In this document: in pieces, positions 30,581-44,775 of the stretch
How positions within the stretch are numbered: the stretch's first letter is position 1
Layout: each line of letters begins with the position of its first letter
Assembly (NCBI RefSeq): GCF_964355755.1
Contig: NC_092670.1
Location: 39,358,388 to 39,422,387, forward strand
From: Antedon mediterranea
Lineage: Eukaryota; Animalia; Echinodermata
Direction of reading: 5' to 3'
Length of the DNA: 64,000 nt
Position numbers and translations under genes: made by a program
Notes under the pieces: model-generated
The model's database searches: none
What the model saw: only the letters and a program-made list of their open reading frames with translations
What the model was told of the DNA's origin: nothing

Positions 30581-33243
30581 CCCACAACAACATATACGTC
30601 GTAGGCCGTTTAATAATAGGCAAGAAACAATAACAATGACAAAAGTATACAAACCAAAACTTCCTCTTGTGTAAGGTAATAATTTTCTTAATGATGCCAT
30701 TGCCTCTAATAATGATTATACTATAGTTTTCAATATATTTTGCTTGACTAAACAACACAATTATAATTTAGGCCTCTCGTATTAATTGCGGCCATTTTAT
30801 TCTAGCAGCTTTGCTTTGCTGGAGAACTATAGGTGGCGCTCATTATTGTTATTTACTGTATTTTCCTTTATCACCCCCAAAATAAAACTTTCAATACAAT
30901 GAAATCAATTTAGACATAGTTTAAAAGGATTGTTTAATACACAAAATAAGAACAGTGTAGAGATTACTTGAAATAATTTTTTTAATAAATTAATAAAATA
31001 ATAATGGGTTTGCGGGTGACTTACGTTTATGGCGTTATTTGTTGAAAATTGTATTGTTGTAAATAGAAATGAAAATTGTGGATAAAAAAAATAGTATTTA
31101 ATACTTTATATTGTTAATAATGCAGCCGATTATTATAGACCAACATCTGCCATTTGAAATACAGCCGAATATTTTTCTGTCAGATATCAAGTTTAAGCTT
31201 GTGGGTATACTCGTCATCGATTTTTATTAGCGGCATTAAATACACTATCAAACTTTATGTGACAACAAAATGTGATGTCATACCACTACTATATTTTGGC
31301 ATATCACTACCATATTTGGTCACATCTAACTAGTTTAACAGTGTAGACAAAGCTTTATAAACCTTTTTTAGTTATTTTAATTTAGTATACTAAATTAGAC
31401 CAACTACAAGTTGCACTTTCTAGGTTGGACAGTTTTAAAACATTGACACGTTTTTCGTACGAAACTCCATCTCAAATATCCTTTTTGTCTGTCCGCCGTA
31501 TAACAAGTTTATAATATGTTATATTATTTGTTTGTTTGATATTCATCATAACAGGATCGATTCATTAACCACACGGGACAGAGAAGAACGGATCTATTCT
31601 AGAGACATAATAGTCGCGCCTTTCATCATGATCATGGTTCAGAGGTGTAAGTGGCAAAACTCTAAAGCTTGGTTCCCACTAGCGATGCAACGTAACGCAA
31701 CCGATGCAACGTAAGAATATTCCCCTTCCAATAATTGTTTGCCCCCCCCCCCCCCAGAGCCTGCGTGAAATCAAATCTGTTGCGTCATCGGTTCCCACTT
31801 GTGATTACGCAATACAGCACTTCGATACGTCGTTGCGTCCTAGTGGGAACCAAGCTTTACCAAACGTATTGTATACCATAATATTAGTAGCCTATATGCC
31901 ATAAGTTTATAGCTGTTAATGGAAAAAACTTTCAAATACTAATAGGGCCTATAAAATTATTATTATTTTATTCATGATGTCGAGTTGATTTCATTGCTAT
32001 TTTCAATTATTAAGCTCAATGTTCCGACATTGATTCGTTATTTTGTCATAAAAATACTTCCGACGTTATGTAGTCTAGAATACAGTAAATACTGTACATT
32101 TGTTGCTAATAATAGACTTTAAAGTAAAAGTACGAATAAAATGTTTTACAAAACATTCAGTATGGGGGGTCAAAAGAACATTTATTGGATGAGATGAATA
32201 TTATGAGCCGGTCCCGAAATGATACATCACGGCTAGTGAATAATACCCCGTATTTTATAAACTTATGTATCTATAGAAGAACTGTTATAATAAATAAATC
32301 CAGTACAGACGATGTACTAAAGCTTGGTTTCCACTGGCGACGCAATGTAACGCAACCTACGCAACTGCCTTTCCAATAATTGTGTTTACCCCGCCTGCGT
32401 GAAATCAAAACTGCGATATTTGCAGCAATGTTGCGTCGTCGGTTCCCACTTTTGTTTACGCAATACCGCACTTTGCGTCAATACGTCGCTGCGTTGCGTT
32501 ACGTTGCGTTTGCTAGAGGAAACCACGCTTTACGTCATGAGAGCGCGTGGGTACGGTCATTTTTGAGGAAAAATACAGAAAGTAATGAAAACATAACACA
32601 ATTTCTAGTCAAAATAAGGATGTATCTGAGGTGTTAACGTAGGCCTACGTACTATTCCTCGAGAGATATGTTACACGATGATGTATTAGTTCCTCTGTTA
32701 TCATAAAGAGAACATCCTATTGGAACTTTAGACTTGCAAACCATCAAGATTAAGAACCTGGCATTTTTATTACCTACATACAAAACTACACTAATCGTAT
32801 TATTTCTTGATATTATAATTAGTAGTGTACGTGTGTATAGCCTATATTATTCAATAACAACACTTTTATAGGCCTATTGGTCTACTTTATACCTTACTCA
32901 TCAATTAATTTATTACATTATATCCTGTTAGAGAATCAAACAACGGGTTTTTTCTAAAGCTCTGTCTCTACATTGAATTATATAGTTTGACAAAAGTGGT
33001 AGTGATATGCCCAAATATGGTAGTGACATAACATCACTATGTCCACATATGGGCACATCACATATTTTGTCACATAAAATTGGGATGAAATATTACAGTA
33101 CTTTGTACTCAATTTATTATTAACATTTAAAAAAAAAATTATTTTATTTTATAGTTGTTTATTTATAATTTAATTTAGCATTTACATATATAAACTATAG
33201 GCTTAATATAATTTATTTTTTTTAAGATATTACTTTATCATCA

Positions 33244-33275
<32 letters not shown>

Positions 33276-33305
33276 TATTTGTAATAATTAGTCACTGGTT
33301 GGAGG

Positions 33306-33460
33306 TAGACACCTAATTGGTGACAGTGGCTTAGGCTGCTTTTGTGCTTTCCTGGCAGCTAGTGACTATAATTTTATATTTCTTTTTCGTTGTGTTTGTT
33401 TAATTTGTTGATTTGTATTATATTTTGTAAAATGTATCTTTTGCCTGAATAAATAATAAT
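33306..33460 (+). mobile_element. Retroelement 3'-tail repeat, nearly identical to 56665-56815; here lying inside a family-1 MITE (32957-33497)
   Basis: ACACCTAATTGGTGACAGTGGCTTAGGCTGC...TGCCTGAATAAATAATAAT is shared between the two loci, and the MITE's TIRs flank it. Confidence 0.65.
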
Positions 33461-34698
33461 AAAATAGTAATAAAGTTTGGTAGTGTAGACAGAGCTTGAC
33501 TTGTAATTTTTATTTTGTAAGAACCCCTATTAATAATTATATATAGCCTACATTTTGTTTATTCATATTCCCAATTTTTTTTTATTTCGGTTCTTATTAT
33601 TAAAGTTAAGATCAATCATTTTCGGATCCGCCGGCGGCCTAATATAATACAAAAGTATTTTACGCTTTACACAAAGAACTTAAGTTCTTTGCCTTACCCT
33701 ATTACAATGTACGCCCTACAGTACAGTTCTTCCGATCCATTGTATAGTACAGTAAGGGTAAATATGAATATTTTTACTGCTAAACAAAAATAACAGATTT
33801 AAGACGTCAGAGGTATGATGGTGTTTTATACAAATACATATGCCTCAGCTTTAACAAAACAAAGTTCAGAATGTATACATTCTGAAATTTGTTTTGTTTG
33901 GTACTTTCGTATTGACACTAATAATTGAACAAATAAACTAATAAAAACTAGGATATACGTCCTTGTTATTCCAAAGTTGTTTTGATCAATAAACAATATT
34001 TTACAATCTTTATTTCGAGTTTAAAATATTATGTGGCATTATAAAATTACACATTCAGCCCAATACAGTAATAATTAATTAAAAATAAATGGTGACACTC
34101 ACACCTTGCAAAACGTATTGTCATATTATATAATAATTGAAGATGTTATTATTAGCAATATCAAAATATTCTGTGTGGGAGTATGTTTTGTATCATAAAA
34201 AACTTTTTTTAAACAAAATAAATAAAATAATAATAGTATTTTCGCTCTTTGCACTTCTGGTGGTAGTTTTTAATGTGAATGAAATACTATTTCCAGTAGC
34301 CACACACAGGATGGTATAAATATTAAAAGATAAAACATACGGTAATGATAGATATATTATATATAGGGCCTACAATACACAAACAAAATTACAAAACACC
34401 TTATAATATATGATAATTAATAGTATTATAATACAATAAATGAATAATGATTATAACAATTATGTTTTAAGCAATAAAAAAACAAATATTATAGATAAAT
34501 TAGAAGCGTTAGAATATTTTTATTGCAAAAACAGCCAGAATATTAACTTTGGGAGTTTTTTCCTCTCTCTCTTCGTCTCATCTCTTTCTGCCTCATCCCA
34601 AAGATGTTAGACAGCAGTGACGTAACGGCTATGAGCGCTCAATGGTTCTAAACCAAGGGACTCTGGAGCTTATGGAGCCACAGAGCAGTGCTCAGAGG

Positions 34699-35433
34699 AA
34701 ACAAGGCCAACAGCCATTAAGTCGCGTGCTACAATGCATAGTGATACCGGACCGACAGACAGACCGACCGACCGACATAGTGAACTATACTGACCGAAAT
34801 TACTGAACATGTTTAAAATTGTTGAAATGTTTAAAAACATTTATATTTTTTTAATTTACACGTGCGTAGCCTGTCACTTTTGACGTGCTCGTATAACGTA
34901 ATTTCAAGTTGAAAAGTAAGTCAAGAAAACAGAAATCGGGCAAAAAGAGTGCGCAATGACAATTAACGCGCAGTGCGCGCACAAAAATATGCGCACTCAT
35001 GGCAATTTTGTAAACGGTTAAAATTTCCTGAAACGTACTCTTATCTCATCGAAAATAAATTTTGAACATTTTAAGCGCGTGTACGCATGCGTTACATGCG
35101 CTACGCACGTAATTGTATTGCCATATGATGATTTATGCTCTGAAATTTATGAGTACCAAATTTTATTTAATTGTGACTCATGGTTGTGAAGATATGATTA
35201 CAAACGTGATTTCGTTAAATCGTGCGTAGACCGCGTAATTTTTTATTGCGCACCGTGAAAACATAACCACATCGATTCCTGGCCATAAGGAATATACTGT
35301 GAAAAAATGACCTAGCTAGATTAAACTGATATCAAGATAAGGTCAGAAAGCGATAAAACGCATAGTGATACCGGACCGACAGACCGACCGACCGACATAG
35401 TGAACTATAGAGTCGCTTCCACGCGACTAAAAA
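34699..35433 (-). mobile_element. Helentron-associated element (HINE/DINE-1-like)
   Basis: Subterminal inverted repeats AGTCGCGTG/CACGCGACT, terminal palindrome AGTCGC..GCGACT, (GTCY)-type microsatellite blocks, hairpin GGCCAACAGCC and A/T-run flanks. Confidence 0.65.
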
Positions 35434-35539
35434 CAGGCATTACAATAATTATTATATGTCGAAAAAGGCTAAAAACGCCCGAGGCCTCCGGAGGGCCGCT
35501 TTGGGTTCATAAACCATGGGCCTGAGCAGCCTATCATGC

Positions 35540-38500
35540 CTACTTCTTTTCCCCTGGCAGTACACATTGGTCGCAGCTATCCATACTATTCTTATGTTCT
35601 TCGATCTGCACCGTACAGTCGCTGATGCCGTACTTGTGTCGCATAAGACCACGTACATCGTTAAGTAGCGTTTGTTGATTTACGTTTGCATCATCTAAAA
35701 TTTAAAAATATCACATTATAAGTTTTTTGATTGACAAACCAGTGGTATAAAAGATCAGTGGCACAAAAGCAGACATATTATTATCATAGGCAGTGGCGTA
35801 ACGCAGAGGCCTGAGTTTCCTGGTTTAGGGACTCTAAAGTGGCACTCCAATTAACGCTGGACGCCTCGGGCGTTTTTAGCGAAAACCCTATATAAAACAA
35901 TACATGAACAGGAGTAGAGTGTGGGGATGAATTTTCTTACCAATTGTAACGTGAACGGAGCAAGCAACTACTTCAGTCGTGATCATCCATATTCTAAGGT
36001 CATGGAGTGACCTTACCCCCCTCATTTTTCTAATTGAACTAGACACCTCTGGAAAATCTATTCCTTCTGGTTTTGCTGAAAAACAAAATATCGACTACTG
36101 ATAAACTAGTAGTTCGCATCCGATTTGTTTTCTAATGTAAAAAGAATTCTGAGTAGGCCTACATTGTATTACACAATAATCGGGGTCGTAAGCGAGGTCG
36201 TCGCTTTCTACACACCCTTTACGTCTGACATTAAATTAAAAATATCATGCATACATAAATTGAAATCTTTTGGCTACAAATGAAATAAACGTACGTACAC
36301 GCATGCGCACGTAATTGATTAGATTTTTTTAAGTTGATCACACACGTTCATAACGCGCTCATTATGTCTATACGCATGCGCATTCCAGTAAACATTACCT
36401 TCCATTAAAACGTTGACTATATCTTTACTGATAGTTATTGTCGTTCCAAGTACAAGTATCGAGAATACAAAGGTACATATTGGATCTGCAAGTTTGTATT
36501 CAGGCTATAAGAACAGATTAAAATGTCATCAATATCAATAAGCAGTATACAAACAAAATAATAAATAAATAAATATCATAGAAGACAGACTTACATTATA
36601 AAAAGGTGATAAAAGCTGATATAATGACAGTGTAAACAATGATGTGAGTAAAGGCCAATTTACACGGACGAACGGTAACGGGAAACGGTAACCGATAACG
36701 ATAAGCGGTAACGGTAAGCGGTAAACCGCGTAGTTTGTCCCACGTAGAACTGGTAGGAATATCATGAGCGGAAACCAGCTGTTCGCTTCGATCCGCGTTG
36801 TATTGTGTGTGTGAATGGTCATAAGGAATAACATACAGTACATACATATTTTTATTACTGTCTCACCGGTCGTCTGTGTAAATTGGACTTAATAGTGGAA
36901 TTTTTATATAAATAAAATAGACAAAATTCAAAACAAAAAAGCCAGATGATGAGAGAAAACACTAATTTCGTTCTCTCCTTTCTGCGAAAAAAAACTTCAG
37001 ATTTTCCAGTCTGACGCATTTGCATGTAGACGTCATACCTGTGTTTATTCGTAGCCACTGGTGACTTATTGAGTAATTTTAATTAAGGAGACATTATCCA
37101 ATATTCAAACATCGAACAATACCAACTTGTTACTTCACCATGTAGAGGTGATCCAACAGCTGTTTCAATTCCAACGTAAAGCACACATACAACGCTTCAA
37201 TTTAAAGTTGGTAAATTTGAACAGAATTCTTAAGTCGAGGCTAAATTACTCAGGCCTGCTGTTGACCACCAAAAGGCAGTTTGTATCCAGAATAAATTAA
37301 TCTTAAAATATATGTTGTAAAAAGGTTGCATAAGCCACGTACGTAACGTAACGCACCTTGAAGCAGATTGCCTTTTTTTATGCTATGGTAATAATTTTAT
37401 CAAAACTACCAAATCATTATTTTTAAAATAGCATGCATTGTGAAGTAAATATACATTAGTTTACCTTGACATATATAATAACAGCAGCAATAAAAACTGC
37501 TAAACTTTGGAAGAAGTCACCAATGACGTGTAATATTGCAGCTCGGACATTCACGTTATTTGATACAGTGTGTCCTTTTTTTCCATTCCCTTCCTCTTGA
37601 TCTATAAGATTGTGTTTGTCCCCCGTGTCGTGTCTTCCATGTGAATGCCCGTGACCCCCATGCGAGTGCCCGTGACCACTGCAAGGATTGTGTAAAACTA
37701 AAAGCATACTGGAAATAAAGAAGAAAACATTTAGGCTACTCTTGTATATACTCGGCTGAAATAAACAATGTTCAAACTTTCAACAAACTTCATCCAAATC
37801 CAAACTCACCTCTTCTATATGTACAATTATACCAGCTGCATTACATAACCGTTTTACCATTGAATTAAATTAATATTATACTATTAGAGATAGAAATTAT
37901 TTTAGACTAGAAATTGAAAGGACTACAACAAGATCAAATTGTATTTCATCAGTAGGAATTATACTCGGAAATGCGTCTAATGTTGCTTTAAAAATGTAAA
38001 TCTCTTGTTTGAGTTTAATTTAAACGATTGTATAAAAAAAAACATCTTCGTCTTTAATGTAGTTTAAGTTTTTATACTAAATTATTATTATTATTATATA
38101 TTGCCTTACGTCTTAGCTAAATAGTACACAATATGTGTTTTATAAAGGGGGAAATGATCTGTAAACTTCTTCTTTCCTCCTCCTTACCCTAGACTTTGTT
38201 GATAAAGCGTGGTTCCCACTAGAACGCAACGCAACGTAACGCAGCGACGTATCAACGCAAAGTGCTGTATTGCGTAATCACAAGTGGGAACCGACGACGC
38301 AATAGTGCTGCAAACATCGCAGGTTTGAAGTACCGATAATTAATTATTTTAAATCATTTTCAAGAAATGACTAATGAAAGATGTCCATAACTGGACCTAT
38401 ATAAGTTTGTTAGGTTTCTTTGTAAACGTTTTGATGTTGTTAATTGTCTTGAAGTTTAGAAGAAGTGTGTCTGATTTAATGTTTCTTTATAAGAGTGTCA

Positions 38501-41500
38501 ATTTGTTTGTTTAGTTGCGACTGTTGCTCTCTTTTTATTTACATGCTCCTTCTCGTAAAACTATCATCAAGTCCACTTTTTATGTTCCGTTTAATAGAGT
38601 AAATGTCTCGAAAAGGGGTTTCAGAAACGCTTGCCTTCTTTGTATAACTATTTAAGTGAGTCTAAAGTAAATGTTGATATTTTTTCAATAGTTATTCTTC
38701 ATTCAAGACTCATTGTATTATTTTTGTAAATAATCGTGCTCAATAGGCTAATTTTTACTATTTACATATTTATTTAAGTTTGCTTCATATATTGAGTATT
38801 AGATTGTATTTGTTTTCTGTTTCATACCTTTAAGTGGCAACCTTCGTTGCTGTTGGTTTTGAGGAAATAAAATAAAATAAACATAATATATCAATACTCA
38901 CACAACATTGGCAAAGATAGCAAAGCCTGCTGTTATCATCATTATCTTAGCATTTATGGAATAAGTGTTTTTAACTATCTTGAAAATGGCCAATACGACT
39001 AATACTGCGGTGATTGCCCAAATCATCATTACAGAAAGCAGGGCCCCGAGAATCTCTGAAAGAAGTAAAATCGGTGAAAATAGTTTATACATCTCACGTA
39101 TCACCCTAAACAAGGAAGAAAGGATCTGCATGATGCACCAGTAATTTGTGAGAATCCCAAGGAGAGTGAGACCACTCTATGGATTCAGTCAATTTGGGCA
39201 AAGGATTCATTTGTCTTACATAATATGGAAGGAAGGAGCTACATGATGTACCAGTAATTTTTGAGAATCCCAAGGAGTGTGAGACCAGTCTATAGATCCA
39301 GTCAATTTGGGCAAAGGATTAATTTGTCTTACATATAATATGGAAGGAAGGAGCTACATGATGTACCAGTAATTTGTGAGAATCCCAAAGAGTGTGAGAC
39401 CAGTCTACGGATCCAGTCAATTTGGGCAAAGGATTCATTTGTCCTACATATAATATGGAAGGAAGAGCTACATGATGTACCAGTAATTTGTGAGAATCAC
39501 AAGAAGATTGAGACCACTCTTTGGATCCAGTCAATTTGGGCAAAGGATTTATTTGTCCTACATATAATATGGAAGGAAGGAGTTACATGATGTACCAGTA
39601 ATTTGTGAGAATCCCAAAGAGAGTAAAACCACTGTTTTGATCCAGTCAATTAATTCGGTAAAAGATTTATTTTTCCTATACATTAATGTTCTATCTATTA
39701 CTAATGTAAACCTATAGAAACTTGAAATATAGAGAAGAATCCCTGTGTCTACAAAGGTGAACCTGCACATTGTACAGACAAACTAGTTTGTTTGCTTAGC
39801 TATCTGATATCTTTAAAAGATAAATATTTTCACCACAGATACAGTTAAGCAAATAAAATGAAAGTGGGTGTGCTGGGTAAGTCAGCCTACGACTCTTCAG
39901 ATATTGGTATTGTTTGTATCGTTCATCCGATTTTAGATGTATTGACATTAGGAATATTATCATTATTATTTTATACATTGATGATTATGATATTAAGAAA
40001 CAGTATCGAGCTCTAATACATTATGCAGGACATTCTCCAAATATTCCGTTGAAGTGAAATGTCAGTTATTTAAAAAGTATTGCGTTAATATATACTGTAT
40101 GACTCTATGGAGTAAATTCAGTGAAGGTACTGTGAACTCATTGACAGTTTGCTTTAATAACGGGTTACGTAAGCTACTGAAATTGCCTAGAATAGCGCAA
40201 GTATGATGTTTGTAACGAATAACGTTCCCGCATTCTATGAATTTTGGAGGAACTCTTATACATAGTTGTTTTAATAACAGAATTCATGACAGTTGTAATA
40301 GTCTGATTCAAACCATAGTACTTCCACAATCCAACCTACGTTGCGTTGGTGCAAATTGGTATTGTAAAATATTGTAGGTTGGTTTTGTGGAAGTTGCTTA
40401 TATTGTTTTCTGGTGAAATTGTTTCTCTTTTTGTTTTCGTATGTTGTATATGGATGTACTACCCAAAATAAAGAAAATGAATGAATGACGAATTGTATTG
40501 TCATACACAGCACAATGCATAGAGTTGATTCTATATATGCATATATTATTATCTTACCCTAAACACTGTATGCAAATAAATCCTTAATTAATGCTTTCAT
40601 TCGTTTAGAGACATTGTAATTCATTATTTGCATCCACTGTATAACTCTATCTTATTTTCGCGTAGGTTGATCAGGGAAGAGTTTGAATACTTTTCACGTA
40701 AACGTCTAGTTTCGGTTCCAGACGGAGTTTTGACTTAATATTAGTAAAAAGATAAATATTTTGACATATGGCGTTTCATACAAATATCAAAATTAAAAAA
40801 AATAAATAAAAAATACAATAAATACAGACTTAAGTAAAGGTAAACATCATTTGAAATTCAGGTTGTGCTTGAATTAATTGTCATTTTGTTGTTGTCAACT
40901 TCTTTTGCACACGGATATCTTCTTACTTTACTTATATAAATATCGTTTTGTACGTTATTGAATGTGGAAAATAACGAACAAAAACAAAACCGCCTTTTCG
41001 TATTTCAATCTGATAATGATGATTTTCTGTGAGAATTTTGTTCAATTTCGAAATTGTATTGACGATAACAAATTTGATTGCATCTAATATTTACCATATG
41101 TGGTGATGCGATGTGTCAAAGGTATGCCTAAAGTTATGTAAATTAAGTCTTGATAGCAATTTTACTCCAACCTATAAAAGTGGAGATTACTCGATATCGG
41201 TTTAGTTAAAAATCAAGTTATGTAGACCTATTGTTATCTCTATTGAATAATTTATAATGATAACAGTAGATTACAGAAATATTACATGCCCTTCATCCAG
41301 CTCAGACATTGGTATATCATTTTAGTTAACTATTTTAATTGAAAAAATATATATTGATTTTATATTACGATAGCCTATACTTATTGTTGTTGCCACATTC
41401 CTTGACGTATTTCTAAATGCTTTTAAGGGGAGAGTGTCTCTTCAATCATATAACTTTGGTGAATTACAAAGAAACTGCAAACTCACCTGCTCGATGCCAA

Positions 41501-42247
41501 CCCCATGTCAAACGTTTACTGGGGCGTTTGTCAGCAAGAATTAATGCGAAATAGCTGATAAGAAAACTTGAGAAGTCTGACAGTAAATGTGCAGCATCTG
41601 TTAATATAGCTAGACTTCCAGCTAATATTCCACCTGTAAATAGATAGACGTGTGTCGTAACATTCTTGGTACCCACGTGGACGCAATGTAACGACGTAGA
41701 CCCAATGCAAGTACTACGGCGTTTGATTGGCCTACACTTGGTAAAGAAATACGCATTATATACCAGTCTTCTTGCCTAAAGCTCTGTCGAACACTATTGT
41801 TTGAAAAGTGTGATGTCCCCAAATATTCTAGTGAATGACGTCATTTTTTCACATAAAAATTGATAGTGTAGTAAAGCTTTAAATGTAATGTAAATGACCC
41901 GAAGGTGAACGCACGCGATCCAGCATTCTTGTTTTGTTTAGTTTTAGTTAAAGCCCTGTTGTTACTTGATACTATTTGTCCATACCTGTTACTTCTATGG
42001 CAATAAATAATATGCATACAATTGAAGCATATATGAGCTTTTTTCTAGCTGTTTTTCTACTAATTGAATCCAATTCCAATGCTATGCTACTATGGCAATG
42101 GTCTTCTAATCCATCAGAATGGACTTTGGCGGTTTCCGAGCCATTTTCAATAACTGAGCCTGGTGGACTATTCGACCCATATTTGGTATGATTTACCACG
42201 CCATTTACTTCTTCCAACTCTATATAACCATCTTTCTTTGTTGACAT
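35540..42247 (-). CDS. SLC30A2: ZnT2/SLC30A2-like proton-coupled zinc transporter, paralog 1 (~400 aa)
   Basis: Exons 41986-42247, 41487-41633, 38902-39055, 37465-37708, 36399-36504, 35941-36075, 35540-35694. CDF motifs [22 protein letters not shown], His loop [31 protein letters not shown] and VQIE...C..C. A possible in-frame upstream exon lies at 44725-44785. The symbol is a subfamily-level call (ZnT2/3/4/8). Confidence 0.92.
36652..36889. mobile_element. PIF/Harbinger-like MITE with TAA TSD
   Basis: TIRs AGGCCAATTTACACGGACG / CGTCTGTGTAAATTGGACT, TAA on both sides, and internal (ACGGTA)n. Confidence 0.7.
39110..39680. repeat. Tandem repeat, ~114-bp unit, ~5 copies (intronic)
   Basis: CATGATGTACCAGTAATTTGTGAGAATCCCAA recurs at ~39129, 39242, 39357, 39471 and 39586. 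Confidence 0.92.
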
Positions 42248-42295
42248 CTTTTCTATAATATATAAAAATGAATTAATTTGTGGTTGGTAAAGTTT

Positions 42296-43045
42296 TAGAG
42301 ATGGTACATTCTGAGATCAAGTGTACACTTTGAGCGATTGGTGTACATTTTGAGATAAAATGCACAATTTAAGATGGTGTACATTTTGAGATCAAGTGTA
42401 CACTTTAAGATGGTGTACATTTTGAGATAAAATGTACACTTTAAGGCATGGTGTACATTTTGAGATCAAATGCACACTTTAAGATGGTGTACATTTTGAT
42501 ATAAAATGTACACTTTAAGATGGTGTACATTTTGAGATCAAATGTACACTTTAAGATGGTGTACATTTTGAGATAAAATGTACACTTTAAGACATGGTGT
42601 ACATTTTGAGATCAAGTGTACACTTTAAGGCATGGTGTACATTTTGAGATCAAGTGTACACTTTAAGATGGTGTACATTTTGAGATCAAATGCACACTTT
42701 AAGATGGTGTACATTTTGAGATAAAATGTACACTTTAAGGCATGGTGTACATTTTGAGATAAAATGTACACTTTAAGGCATGGTGTACATTTTGAGATCA
42801 AATGCACACTTTAAGATGGTGTACATTTTGATATAAAATGTACACTTTAAGGCATGGTGTACATTTTGAGATCAAATGTACACTTTAACATATGGTGTAC
42901 ATTTTGAGATCAATGTAAACTTTAAGATAAGGTGTACATTTTTTTTAATCAAAGGCACACTTTGAGAGGTGTAAAGATCAAAGTACACTGTAGAGGTGTG
43001 GACAATTTGAAATCACGGGTACTTCAGCATGTGGGTGTACATTAT
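42296..43045. repeat. Palindromic minisatellite, 36-38-bp unit, ~18 copies
   Basis: Unit TTAAG(GC)ATGGTGTACATTTTGAGAT(C/A)AAATG(T/C)ACACT, with internal arms GTGTACATTT/AAATGTACAC. Confidence 0.92.
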
Positions 43046-44775
43046 AAAATGAAAGGCAGAAGCTATATATATTTTTAATTTATTTATTTGTGAACACATG
43101 ACAAATAACAGTCAGAAATGATGTTAACTTCAACGACACATTATTTTCATTCGATTTGGAACTATAATCGTGACCACCCAAACAACGATTTTGACCAGAA
43201 AATAAATTTCAATTGATAGGGAGTCACTAGACATGAATACATTAGGTTAAATTACCTAACTACTAAGAAAAAGTCTATCTGATTATTTTTATTTTACCAT
43301 TTTAAAAAGGAAATTTGTGTTTTTTTTTTGTCATGATATAATATGTTGCACATTTTTAATTTATGTACAATTAACTAAATATTATATTTAAAATTCATGC
43401 CTGTACCAAAGAAAACAATACTTAATACGACCTTGGCGCGGCGTACGTGTATTTATACAATATGCAACGCCAGGGTTAATAGACCATGGTATGACTGTAA
43501 ATACTGTTTTTTTTTGTTTTTTTTTTGTATCTTTTTTATTATATTATTATATTTTTTTGTGTCCTGTCTTGTTTGAGTTCCAAACATCATTGATCTTATT
43601 CATTCCAGAATAAAGAATGATTGAACACACCTATCTGTAAGTTATTTATCTTTTTTTAAATATAATATTATTCAATTGTGACTTGTTGAACTGGTCAAAT
43701 TACTATAAGTATTAATACCAACAACGTTAAATAATTACAGCGGAATATCCTAGTTATGATTGTACCACCACCAGTACCGCATACCAGTATACAACTTGCT
43801 TTACCTAGCTTTCAAGTGTTTATGAAACAAATATATCAACAAAACCGACTGTGTACATTACTACAAGACTGGTTAACACTATCAAACACTATTATCAAAC
43901 AACTTTATTGAATAGATTAAGGTTATGTCCATATAAATATGCATCTATAAACTATGTCTATCTCAGTTGAAGTCCTTCTCCCAAAACCATAACAAAATCT
44001 CTCTTACTTAAAATGCATTCTTAAAATTGACGTTTTAGAATGGTGTGGGAATGGACAGTTGTAATACATGATGGTATCTGAAGTAGGGATAGTGTGTGTC
44101 GCTAGTAGACGTTCTAGAAACACAATGGTGTGTGAATGGGCAGTTGTAGTATGAAGGTATCTGATAATGTGTGTCGCTAGTCGACAGCATGCCTTAACTT
44201 TGTTGTTCCGTAGGTGTAAGTAAACATTGCAGAATATTTAAAAGGGTTAGTTTATGATGATAAAGATAAGATAATTGTTGTCATGAAAACTGTTGCCAAA
44301 GTGTTTACAACATCAATGATAATCAAACAAACCTCTGTATCTGTTAATATTCCCCACATTAGTTTTAATCCAAAATAAGGAGATTTTAAGTATTATTGAG
44401 CGAAAGAATAAATAATTCTGTAGATAATTCAACTCGCGCGCGTAATAAATACGTCATGAACAACATAATCGTATTATTGATGTTTAATTAAGTATTGAAA
44501 CTTACTATATAGGCTTATAGGGGTAAATATAAATAACGTAAATGAATGAAAATACAATATTGTTTGTCTTAATAATCTAATCTTAAATACGCTTGTTTGT
44601 AGGATAGGAAGCAATTCCTGTGATATACCATAAGGTAGGCATACATGGCCGGCTACAAATAATGTTTATCAGGGAGATATGAGCTAAATGTCATTGTTAG
44701 TACTTAGACCTACTAGGTACTTACCTCCAGTTAGTTGATGATGATAAAACGTTCCTATCGTAAGAATGGATGTCT

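Noticed and set aside
39319-39543. ORF with repeated peptide (PKLTGS…HKLLVHHVA)
   Set aside because: A by-product of the 114-bp intronic tandem repeat.
42296-43045. CRISPR-like array of ~37-bp palindromic repeats
   Set aside because: Units are head-to-tail with no unique spacers, there are no cas genes, and the context is a eukaryotic intron. It is a minisatellite.
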